NCBI GenBank assembly: GCA_000934665.2
Contig: KZ538439.1
Location: 1-64,000, forward strand
Length of the DNA: 64,000 nucleotides
Source of the DNA: Catajapyx aquilonaris
Lineage: Eukaryota
Direction of reading: 5' to 3'
Position 1 is the stretch's first letter, and each line of letters begins with the position of its first letter. The notes beneath the pieces were generated by a model that was given only the letters and a program-made list of their open reading frames with translations, did not search any database and was not told the origin of the DNA. Of the stretch, positions 11,525 to 23,974 are shown in pieces. The position numbers and the translations under genes were made by a program.

Positions 11525-14500
11525 GGTGGGAGGAACCTACACTTATTTCTGCAAAGAGGGGCTATAAATAATTTCGCCATTTTAATCTCGTCAGAGAGCT
11601 CCTGATTAGAGGCAAGTCTGGTGGGTGACGGGGAACAAATGGCGCAGTTTGCGAATAGAGAGATAGACGGCGTGCACAAGAAGACTAGTCCCGCCCACTA
11701 GCAGCCAGACTTTAATTCCAGTTGCCTGTAGTTAATCAGGCCGCTTTACGATTGGTCCGAACTTGGCGAGCAACTTGGACGGATGGTCCAAAGGAAGACG
11801 GCTTAATCCTTACCCGACCCGAGACAAAGTCAGGCCCCTTGGCTGCTGCCGTGACTCTTTTATGGCGGGTACCCTATTCAAACTGCAAGGCCCCAAATCT
11901 TGCACGGCGCTGCCAGTTAATCATTCCCGGCCAAAAGTGTTCATTTTACATTCTATTAACCCCTTAATTGTCATCTGGGTCCACGCCCTGTGCCACCTAA
12001 TGGAATTTCAATGCCTCCTAAGTCTGCCACCGCTAGACGTGCCTCGACTTGCACCGGGGGTTTCCTCCGGTAATATACGGGCCTGTCTGACGTCACAGGG
12101 ACCAAGTTTGATAATTCAAATCAGCATGTGAATTACCCTAGTCTTAACCGGACTTAGTTGCAGCCCATCCCTACTGATCATGCGAGGTGATACGCATCGG
12201 CCAAGATGCAGCTAACCTTTACGTGCCGAGCACCAATTAACCCCGACACTGGACGCGATAAAGCAAAACTTTTTAATTAATATGCGGGTAGAGTTCTTTA
12301 TTTGGAGTCTATTAATTCATTGCCATTAATGGGTCGGGATTTATCTGCAGTGACCTCTGGTTGATGGTGGGTGTAATTATAAGGAGGGGAGCAGAGGCCT
12401 GGCGTCCGTTCTCGTTACGTAATTGCAGCAAATTGTGTCATTACACCCTGACCGCAAGACACGCCTGCGCAAATCCCGGCTCATTATTTTATGTCTTCAA
12501 AGTAATGATAGACTGGAGTCACAACTGTTCTCCAAAGTTCATAACTGATTGGATTAAAATGATCAAGTCATTTGTTGCGTACTTGCGTCCCAGTTGCGGA
12601 ATTAGCTTTGTTTGGGAGGATGGCAAGTTGGAAGTGATCCATCCCGATCGGAGGGGAGGGCTTCTCTAGGAAGCTACAAATTGACTACTTAGACCAGACT
12701 CCCTCCGAAAACAATTTGCGAATTAGTTCAATCTGAAAGCATGAAATATTCAGGCAGGGGCGGAGGGTAGGGGGGGGTTACATAAAAAATGGCGCTGGTT
12801 GGAAGGGCAGGTTAGTCTGTGAAAACGAGGCATGGAGTGGAAAAAGGGGTGAGCCTGGGAAATGGAGGGTAGGGGGTGGGGTGATGGGGGTTTGGAAATC
12901 CTGCGAGAGGAGCAGCAAAGCTAATTGGCGAATGTAAGGCTGCTCTGCCTCTTCCCTTCTAATTCCGCCCATTTCCAAAGTTGTTAAAATTTTCTCCGCT
13001 CGTAAAAGGCGAGTTCTGATCCCCACGGAGCTTCCTCCGGAGTTTCCGAGGCCCGGATTGTGTTTGGGTGTTAATCCGCCACACCCAGGCAGGCCGGATT
13101 CAATGGGGGAGAAAGCGACGAGTCAGGTGCGACCAGACGCACACTTTCCACCTGAAACCGATCCTATATATCTCCAAACGTACGGTTTCTGTGTGTATTT
13201 AGGCCCGCCTGCTGCATTTGCTGTTAGAAACATGCACCTCCCAAATTGGCATGCCCTTTCCTTCCTTCAGTAATTGAACCCAAACGAAAGAGCAATCATT
13301 AGGCAAATGAGGAAGCCGAGACGGTTCATGTCACAGGCTCACCTTTCGTAAATATAGGTCAGGGTTTCCACTTCCACTTGGGAATTACAGCTGCTCCTAA
13401 CCCCCAATCTTCACTTAATAGTAATATAATACAATAAAATCATAGTCTATATACATTTATATTTCCGCATGACCTGCAGAGATGCCATTAGCAGGTCGTG
13501 CTCACCTGCATTAGAGAAATATCCCTGGGGGCACGGGGCAGTCTAATCTCAAGTACAATATATTAGGGGATATTGCCGAATCGATTGGATACACGAACGT
13601 AAAAACGAGCCTTTTGATTTGATACAGTATAGCATGGTAGATAAGACTGTATATGATTACAATAGTATTGACAGGCCCAGTGAAAAATGAGGTTCGTCTC
13701 TGAGGTATCACTTCGATGCCATTGTTGTAAGAAAATATCGCTTTGAGATAATGGTTTTCTAAAGATGTAGAACTAAGTGACTTTTGATGAACACTAACTT
13801 CATAACTTGGTTTATAATAAGCTATACCTTTCATATTATTCAGCGTAATTTTTCGAAAGTTCTTACATTCCCCTTCATTCACAGGAATTCTCAATAAACA
13901 TGGTACATTAAATTCTATCCGCATAAGATGTGTTTTTATCAAAGAAAGGTGAAAAATTCTAATATTATTACTATATGAGTAACATCACGCCATTGAATAA
14001 AAATTGTACGACATACCATCTGACAAGAGGATAACTGCAGCGTAACATAAAGCAGAACATTTGTTGAGCTTTCATGACTATTCAAGAACAGTACGGCGCT
14101 ATTTTCCGGCGATACACATAATATACCGCATTATTTATGACACATTTTCACATACACACACATCTCACATAAACTGAACTGGACGCTTTTCAAATGCTGC
14201 ACCCTTCCATGTAGAGTTGTAGAACACCTATACGCACATGAAAACAACATAACAAAAAATAGAGCCGATCTTTGAACAAGTTTCATAATCCTGAATATTC
14301 CAATTACTGTGAATTGCTTGTTAAACCTACTTGAATGTAAGCTTACTTCCATACTATTTAAAAATAATGAAGAAAACTATCATATAAGTTTTCGCAGACA
14401 AAGGCACAGTAATTGCGCCTACAGGCCAGCTGGGAGTGAACATTAAGGCAGTTTGTGTGCTGCGTACCAGAACAAGCTGAAGTCCCCCTCTCTGTAATAC

Positions 14501-14947
14501 TAACTAATGCCTCCATATTTAATCCGCAACACAGGAAAACAGGGTATACACCTCTTTCAAAAGTTAAACTTGAAAAAAAAATCCCAAAGCTTCCTGTGGG
14601 GAAAATTCTCGTTTGCTTGGCGCGACCTACGCAACCACCATTACATGGCCAGCTTATCTGCATCCAATCAGGCGTCCTATTTAACAACTGGTACCTGATT
14701 TGCATTCGGGATGGGGGAAAAATCCCTCGAATACACCAAGTTGAGTCGCAGGCAAAGGAAATTTCGTGCGGCGTGTGAAATTGCCTGTTAAATCGATCCT
14801 GACGCCAATTACCGCATGACACGCGCAATCAGGTTAAGGCAAATTCCTACTTATCCAACCCGGGCTACAAACCCCGAAGAGCAACCAAGATTTAATGACC
14901 ATTATATTCTAGAACGAGGCAACCATTTTGCCAGGGTGTGTACTTAC

Positions 14948-15020
14948 CCTGCTGCTGTGTTGGGATTGCCGAGTCTATGTGCGGAAGATCAAAAGTAGTC
15001 TCATCCTTCACCTGAACGTT
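14948..15020 (-). other. Candidate 73-nt internal exon, probably 5'UTR of the chaoptin-like gene
   Basis: Minus strand: branch-like gttaac, then a pyrimidine-rich tract ending ...atatccttccag|AACGTTCAGG...CAGCAGCAGG|gtaagt. Both splice sites are near-consensus and on the same strand as the LRR exon. No transcript evidence. Confidence 0.4.
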
Positions 15021-18000
15021 CTGGAAGGATATAAAAAAAGAAGTATAATGATAGTTAACTGCTTCAATGTAAGAGTGGAGATAGTGTGAGTTAAAGAGAA
15101 AATGTAATCGCAAGAAATCTGGCTTAATGGTATAGGACCATTACCGAAGGTAATATGGTTCCACCTCATCTGATTCCAGCTTGCAGGAGCTTAGCGGAAA
15201 TTCCCCCAAAATGAAATATTATCTGCCGTTTTACCTTCAAGAAAATTCCAAACTCGGCAAAAGTGTAATACCCTGATTTATCATGTTAACAACCTTTGGA
15301 GCGTCATCCTTGCCAGCAATTTTTACAACTTATTACAATCTTAAGGAAGTGGTTTACAGAGTAGAACGGTGTAATCTCTTGGCCACTTTTCCAGGAATTT
15401 CTTCCAAGTGGAACAGGTTGGCTGGCAGAGGTGGCGATTGAAAAAGCACGTTATTAGTAATATTCCGGCAGAACTATTTACATTGTATGGTAAAAAGTAT
15501 TTTCCAAACTGATACTATAGTATATAGTTTCTTTAGGGCCTCAATACATGAGGCTTCTGCTAGCAAAACATGAACGTTGCGTGCCTAGCTATCCACCAAT
15601 GGGAGCCAAGACCGCAGGTTGGCTGTTGCACCTGTGGACCTGTTCCCGCGGTAGGGGTTTACACGATCCTTTGCTATTTTTCTGCGTGCTTTGGCAAGCG
15701 CCAGGGAAAATTACGTTGTAATAAATGGACAGGTAATTTTAAACCGGATTCCTAACAAAAAATAACTTTTGTTACATTATTTTAACAACTAACAAAAACC
15801 CAACATTTATTTTTTATCATAAAACAACTAACTTGATCACTATACAGTATAGTAGGGCACGGGCTGCATGACTCATTTTCGACCAAAATGTGATTCTGAT
15901 TGTTCTGCACTTTGGGTCTTCAGATTAATTAACCTGATTTTAAATTTACACTGCACGTCCAACTTATCCTGTAACGTGCGATTTTGTCACTCCTGGTCCT
16001 CTCCTCTTCCGGATTTCGTATTATCAGGACATACCTCGGTTATGTATATACCACATGTTTCAGAATTATCCGAACCTGTAAAAATCTCTCGGATGTTCAT
16101 TTCCACTCGCCTCTGTCTTTTCACGAGCATGACTGTGAGATACACACGAATACCGTTGAAGCCCTCGTTTCAAAGTTTCGTAACGTTCATAAACTTTTTA
16201 TAAGACAGAATTTAAGTGGAATTGCTAATTACGTACAAAATTAAGTGGATCTCAGTAATTTACGGTTTAAATTATACAGATTCTACAGCAATGTTACTGG
16301 TTAACATAGCAACCACCAAAACTGGAACATGAACGTGAAGCAGTTGCAATAATTCATTCACTCACGGACTGGAGAGCAGCTTGCGTAATAATATACCATG
16401 CATGCACGCCAGTTCTCTCGTACAAATTTGCTTTGTCATCTACTCAAACTGTTAGCTAAATATGCCCTCCTGTTTTAATCAAATCTTACATTCTCTCATA
16501 ATCCATAGCTTACAGTGTAGGCCTATAACGGAACAGTGCATTGCAGCAAATTCGCACTTCCTCTGGGACTTCCTTATAATATTCTAATGCAAAATTATCC
16601 TATATAGCTGATCACAGTGATTTATAGGATTCAACATACTCGTATTTGTGAATATGTCCTGCATGTAAGCAATCCTCAATTTCAGGATGAAAAGGATGAG
16701 AAGTTTTAGCATATCTTCCAAGTCCCACAGCCTCAGGCCTATACTCGGTGTGGTTTGCAACCTCGTTTTTCACGCAGAAACAGTATATCCAAGCTAGTCA
16801 TCTTGTGGAGGTATAACATCATTAATCACTTGCTCAGAAAACTTAAAATGTTCCCCACTTTTTGGAGAATAAATTGGACGGTTCATTCAATCTTGCCTAT
16901 TGTTTCCTTGTTTAAAATAAAAACTCCTTCCGCATGTGTCGATATCTTTTGCTCATTCATACTGTACGATACGGACAAAAACGATCAAAGAGTCGGCAAG
17001 AATAAGGGATTCCGCGGCCATTGACGTCGCGGGCTTGTGGCCATAGTAGCCGCAACTTATAGCGACCGCTTTTCCTATGAGCAAGCTGATCCCACATCAA
17101 AGAATGTAATTACAGCTCCTGGGATGCAGCACACCGCAATGGTAAGAACTTTTTTTTGGAAAAAATTTCTACTCATTACTGTCCACATAATTATATGCGG
17201 TAGACTCCTTTGCTTGCTCTCGGTTTGTTAATGATGAATAATTAACATGATACGGTGCAATTTACCCAGTCACTTAATCCACGTCCGCTCTATGCAGTGT
17301 TTTGGCATGTTTTCTGATGAGCAAAAAAAAGTACTGATGCCAAGCCAAATGGACGTTTGATTTTAGCCCGTGTTTTATAGCTAAAGAAACGACCCAATCG
17401 GAATGGTCAGCTCAGTTTATTCCAAAAAAACATGTCGGATCCAATTTTGCAGTAAGCTTTGCTCGATTTTCTTGGCCCACCCCCCCCTAAGGCTTTCTTG
17501 CCAGCTTCCTGGCGACTATTATGAAGTCGGTTTAATGTCTGGGGCGAACACAAGGGTCTCGAGTTATGAGGCCGTAAAGATAGGCGGACAGAGAAGGGCG
17601 TCAATCGGGACGCCCAAAATGAGTCTTTTATGCGCCCCCACTTGTGCGGCGCAACTATTATTATCAAGTCCGTTCCCTGAAGGTACTACGTACAGCACCA
17701 GGATTCTATGGCTCTGCATATATCCACCCTCTCGGCCTGCTGGGTACGATGACGTGAGTGGAATTATGATGCCCATATGAATATGGCGCAGGTGCGTGAC
17801 GGGGGAATATTACCAAAGCGTCACACACAAAGATTTTCAAATTTGCGCGCCGATGCACAAAATAATTGGTGCTTGCCAAGCTCACCTTTTGATGTCCGCA
17901 TTAATAGGCAGTAATAACCGTACATTTTACTGATTCCGCACTGGGAAAACAGCGGGGGGGTTGGATGGACAAAAAAAAAGTAGTGCAAATATTCGTGGTC

Positions 18001-21000
18001 GAGTTATTTCACGAATTGCATGTCCGAGTCCCAGATTATTGCAGCCTGACCACACCGGAGTTCCCTGTTCAAACACGTGCACCTGTACCCAGCTAGAGCA
18101 GGTGCCGGGCTTGATTCGACACCTATTCCGAGGGAAACCAGCTCCAAAACCAGCCAGCCCATTGTAGTTCACTGGCCATTTTGCCAGAAACGGCCGCCTA
18201 GGTAATTAGCGCGATTGACACCCACGACTTTTCCATTACTACGAAAAAAAAACAACGTGCACCACAATTGGAGCCAATTCAATCGGGGATGATTACATTA
18301 CACTCCAAATACTTCTTCTGTACCTCCTGGGAATTAGGGAAACTAGGTGCAAGTCCAGCCCAATTTTTTGACTGATCAGTACTAATTGGCAAGCACCGTG
18401 TGTTGGTAAGAAAATTCCGGGCAGCTACCGTCTAATCCGGCCCCCAGCTTTTTAGAGCCGCCCGTAACATTGGCCCAATCTGCATAATTGAATAGACGGA
18501 CAGGAGAGAAATTTGTTGTTGTTGCTGGTAACAGCAGGCACAGGACTGGAGCTGCTGCTGTATACTGGGGCTATACCAGGCGGAGGGATGGTTATTCCGT
18601 GCCTGGCAGCCATCGTGACCCCAGGTCCCAACCGACCATCTATCACCATTAGTAGCTGGACACATGAAAGGCCTCCGATGGACTTGTATTGTGCTCTCGC
18701 GTGTCCACATTCTCCAAGGCTTTTCTTTTCGGGTCAATGGGAGAGGTCGCCGCTCGTTTTGTCACTCACCACCAATTTTGGAGCGCCTCCTTTCAGACAC
18801 ACTCTTTTTTCCACTATACATCGTTTCTCAAACTAACATGAGACCAGAAACAAACAGCAACAAGTAGCTTCTGTTTGACTTATATGTTTGAAGCTGGACT
18901 GGGTATTAGTACAAGTTAGACGCTGCCAATGTCAACTACATCGGGGCAGCAGCCAGTCCTGGCGCACCTTCTCCCAAACACGAGCAGGATGACAGCTAAC
19001 TAACTTCCCAACATCTGCCCTAATTACATCATGTCCCCCCTACCCTCAGCCTCTGAAGCCAGAGACACTAATTAACAAACTCCAGCTGCAGGGTGGAATG
19101 TCAACCTAGGCGGTACACATGTGCGTCTTCTTAGGAGGACGCACTCTTCTGCTAGAAATTCCTTGGAAAAAAAAATAGTGATTTCCGATTGATTTTCTAG
19201 AGAGGGATTGGCACCGATCCTTCAGTCGATAGCTTCTGGATTGCCTAATGTGCCAGGAAACGACACCGGGTGTCATTTTCTGATCTAGCCAATATCGCGT
19301 TTGCATCGCTGCAATTTTACGGCTGGTTGTAAATCGTTAATTGCTGAATATTTAAGGTCACATTTTGACGGTTTAGGGCATGTTAACCGTTGGGTTTCAC
19401 GACTATGTGATGCACTCCGGCTACGTTTATGGCACGGGTCTAGTCTATTTACACACCTTCGAAGCATCTGTGCGCTGAATACACGATAGATCCACTGCGC
19501 ACCTACTGATGCGGTAAGGAAAATTATTGTATACGCGACGTTTAAAAAAAAAGCAATTTTCCAAAAATAAGCAATCAATGAGCCAGAGCATTTTTAAAAA
19601 AGAAGTTCATTACTTGCGAGATGAAAAATCATGTGCAGAAAAGTGGCGACTAATTTCATTGTATAACACGCCTTTGCCTCCAAACTTTGCCTTATTACAA
19701 ACTTGGCCAAGTCATAAATATTGGGCTCGGGGCAGCAGACTTTCCTCGCGCGAGTGCAACTTGACAGGGACACTTTTGCAACAACTGTGATTCAATTTCC
19801 ACCTAAATTGCTCATAAGAGGTCAAAAAGTTTGAAGGGAGGTGTCGGGATGAATCAGAACAGCGCGGGTATATTTCCATGGGAAAAAATACGCCCAGAAA
19901 ATGCGCTGGGAAATGAAACTGTAACACTGTGGACCCAAGTTATGGACACGAAATATTACGCCCCTCTGCCCCTGGCCTTGGTGTAAACGGGGTAATGGTT
20001 GCCTCTCATGTCAGACCCACCTGCAGACTGGAAAAAAATTTAACAATCATTTTGGAACTTTATGGATCCGATAGTAGGCCTATGCAAAAAGGAATATTGG
20101 AGCTTGACTGCGCGAGTTCAAATGCTATATCGGTTGTATACTGTACGTTTGAAATGAAATATTTCTACAAGGGCGTAACCAGTTTGTGGTAGTACCCACC
20201 CCATCCCCTCCAGAAAAATCTTGGAGATGAAGATGTACAAAAGCAGATTGGCGTGGACATAATATTTTTAGAGCGGGGGCCACCGTAATATATCCTTAGG
20301 TTTTGTGTGGGTATAGTAGTAGGGGGGAAAGGAAGAAATCGAGGCTGCAGGAGATTTATCGCGGTCATTTCTCCCTCCTCGCCCGCTTGCTTGCCCAATC
20401 TTCGCTTTTTATCAACTTCACCGCCTTGAAATACGAGCCTCCCTTTTTACCTGCCATCCCCGAGAGATTTGCCTGCGACCCTCCGCCATTCTCTCCCTCC
20501 AGCTACTCTTTTACATATACGCAAAAATCCGTCTGACATTACCTCGCTCATCCTGGCCTGGAGAAAGGAAAATGACTAGATGCCTGCTAAGGGATGCAAT
20601 AACCCATGAGGTGCACTTGAACCGTGGTTGCATAGGGCGCTTCATGCGATTCACGTGTGTGAGTGCGTCAAGTGGAATGAGTCTCACAATCCGGCGCTGA
20701 TTCTCTTCCAATTGAATTTGCGTTCGCGGGAGGCCTTTCTTCTCACTTGCGCTCCCAGGGCTCATTTTAATGCTAAATAGACTGTACATCCACTACTCAG
20801 GGAGGGGAGGTATTTGAAAAAAAAAGTGGGGATGGGCCAAGCTTCCTCTCTACTGAACAAACGTGGAAATGAAATGCAAATTCTGAAACGCTGGAATCAC
20901 GTTAGCGTCATGGCTGCTTGGCTTCCTGAAGGAATACACAACGATGACGCGAATCATTGGCGAATTTCTTGCCAGGTGGAAAAATGCTTAGTGAATCACG

Positions 21001-23953
21001 ATTGCAAATGGTAGTGGGTATGTTGTAATTTTATGGAATTTTACATAATTATAAATGTTGTAGGTAGTTACTAGCCACATAACAGTTAGAAACTATAGTG
21101 TCTGACTGATGGTATTAAATGTTAAAAAATTTTAAAGCACATGTTTGACATCCCGACCCGTCACATCCTTTCCGACCAATCACCCATCAACCGTCCCAGC
21201 CTCGAGTTCTCCAAGAAACGGCCCCTTTCAACAAAGAAAAGCTCTTCCGGCAGTGGGCGATATCCAAAAAAGCCTCGTCCAAATAATCCGCGAGTATGTT
21301 TTTCGCCCCCTAACCCTCGCCCCCCTACCTTTTTTTTGCCAACCACCTTTTTTTTCTCTACCATCGTAATCTCATTAGGGCTGAAAACTTTGCCGAATCG
21401 GCGGCTTTGAGGAGGGAAAAGAAAAGAGCAGGAAGACCGTAGAAAAAAAGGAGGGGCACGGCGACAAAGTTTGAGTGCCAATATCCCAAACACTGAGGTT
21501 TGGAAGAAGCGGCGCGGCGTCTCCTCCAGAATTCCGGACAAGTCCAAGAATAAACCAGGATGTGTTCGGACTCTCCAATTTCTTTGTCTCTTTTGTAGGT
21601 GTGTGTACTGGTCCCACTAACGTTCCGGAAAAAAAAGTCCAAACCAAAACTACCCCCCTACTTGGAAGGAAATCCGTGTTTGAAACCTTTTCTAAGAAAA
21701 GTAAAACTTTTTTTCCTCCATCTATCCCACAAACACTACAAGTTACCTGAGCCCAAGCACTACTGTTGTAATGACGTTTCCCTAGCTGTGAATTCCCTTC
21801 TCACAAGGAAGCTCTACAGTAATGTTTGCAGAATTGATTTACGCCACGCGGGACGTGGCAGATTCAATATTCGCAGTTGGGAAGAAAAGCCCCCCCTCAC
21901 CCCCCATACCTCCCATCACCTCCACCACGCCTCTTTCCCACATCAATTGAGTGGGAATTGAGCCGATAAACCATCGGGACGCAGCCACTCATTTTTCTTC
22001 TTCATTCCAATTTGTCAGCGGACATTGCTGGACATTTCCTTGACCGCCTTGGACATCTCAAGGCTTCCTATTTAGAAAAAAAAGCCGCATCTGCATCTGT
22101 CAGATATAGCGTCGCTGAAAGGCATTACAAGCAAAAATTGAGACGTTGTTCGGCTTCAAACAGGACACTTCCAACTCAGTTACAAGTCCCTTCATTACGA
22201 CTGTTGAGATTCGGCCTCTGGACTCTGATTGGATTGGAGCGCTGCCCTCGTCCCTTTCCAAGTGGCCTCCGACACGTGACCTGCCTCCCTTCCTTTGCTT
22301 GTCTACTTGGAAAGGAACCAGAGGCTATACGTTCACTACAGAAAAGAGCAGAGAGAAAAGGCGGAGGCCGGACGCAGCCGATATGTTCATCCAGGCTGAC
22401 AAGCCCTGGAGCGGCCCCGGGGCCGGCCGAGTGCAATTAGCGAGAGTGGAAGATAGGCGCTACCACTTGAATAAGTCAGCGCCTATTTCCTGGCATGTTT
22501 GCCCTGCCCATTCTGGCTTCGATCCCCAAATTATTCATCAAGGTTGTCTGTTACCTCCACGGACCTTCCAGGTAAGTTTAAGGCAACTCCTCACTTTGGA
22601 CAGGTGCTCTTAATCCACTTCACAGCTATTTCTATCACTACGGACGACTAATCCCAAATGATTTTTCAAGGCTGATGCTTAACTTGAATTCAAAAAAGTG
22701 AAACTATGGGGACTCAGGTCTGGTATAGTGCACTTCCTGCTTGGCCGAGAGATGCGGCTTTCTGCATTATAAATGGCGCCCCCCCCTTATGATTCCGCAG
22801 GCTTCCTAATGGTGTATCAATACGCCATCATGCATAATGAATAACCTGGCCCAGAGGTGGAAGGTTGCAGAAGGAGCGAGAGGAGGTTTGCATTACGAGT
22901 CCGCTTTAGCACCAACCTTTCCTTCTCCAAATTTTTTTTTCTGTCTCCTCTCACGGGAAGGGAAATATTTCCCACCCTGGCTGTTTCATTCCATTACTTT
23001 AGCAATCTAAAAACTTATAAATATTCGATAACTCCCTCATCTTTTATTCTTCTTATCCTTTGCGTTCGCCAGGATCCACCCTCAAAATAGTAAGCGCGAT
23101 ATTCAGATTCATAGCCAATATCGCCCGCGTCTTATTTTTTTTCTCCTCTCTCATCCAAAAGGAAAACTCGATAAATTGTCATCAATGGGAAGGGAAATGG
23201 GGCGAGATTGGCTGGCCGAGTGCCGGTAGGTCTATTTGTGTTTCCAAGAGAACGCTGGAACAAGACAAAAATCCAATGCAGCAGCCTAGCTCTCCCTCCC
23301 TTTCCGACAAAACCAACTCGATTTTCCCAGCTCGTGCCTGTTTTCACGCAGGGAATGCGCGATTTTGGAAGCCGGCGTCTTCAACAACTGACCGCAAGAA
23401 TCACAAAGTTTTCCTCCTCTTTGGGGGGGGGGGGGGGTCTAGCAAACGAAAGCTTAAGCCAACCAAGCCAGGCAGCCAACAAGCCGTTACTGGCTAGATT
23501 CCCTCTCTGTTTCCCGCTATCTGTCTATCGGAACAAGGCCTGGAGCAAAGCGGGGAGGATTAGCGATGCATCCCAACGCGGTTAGCAATCCGAGTAGGAG
23601 GAGAAATTAGTAGAGATGGCGATCTGCAGGAGTATCCTCAAGTGCCATTAGACTCCTGCCGCCATTGCCCATTTCTCAGGCTAGGCCTAGGACCAAGGTC
23701 AGAACCGCCATGATTTGGCTGCGGTTTGGTCGCCAGGAACGCCAGTCACATCTGGGCAGGTGGCACCGCAGGTAGACATGCACTAACTGTAGCCGAGGCT
23801 CTTTTCCAGGCACGCCTGGACACAAACGACAGCACGTGGGACCATTTGCCACAGCCGGGGGGGACCCAACTTGCCCATCCCTGCATACAAATCCCTCTCT
23901 TATCACCTGCAGACCACCATAATTGCACCCCCCTTTCCACCCCATCCACCCAT

Positions 23954-23974
23954 CACACACACACACACACACAC
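23954..23974 (+). repeat. (CA)10 microsatellite
   Basis: Read directly from the sequence. Confidence 0.9.

Noticed and set aside
22012..22613. Plus-strand ORFs with an acceptor at ~22017 and a CAG|GTAAGT donor at ~22571
   Set aside because: No recognisable protein and no frame open across the whole interval; isolated splice-like motifs are common in 64 kb.
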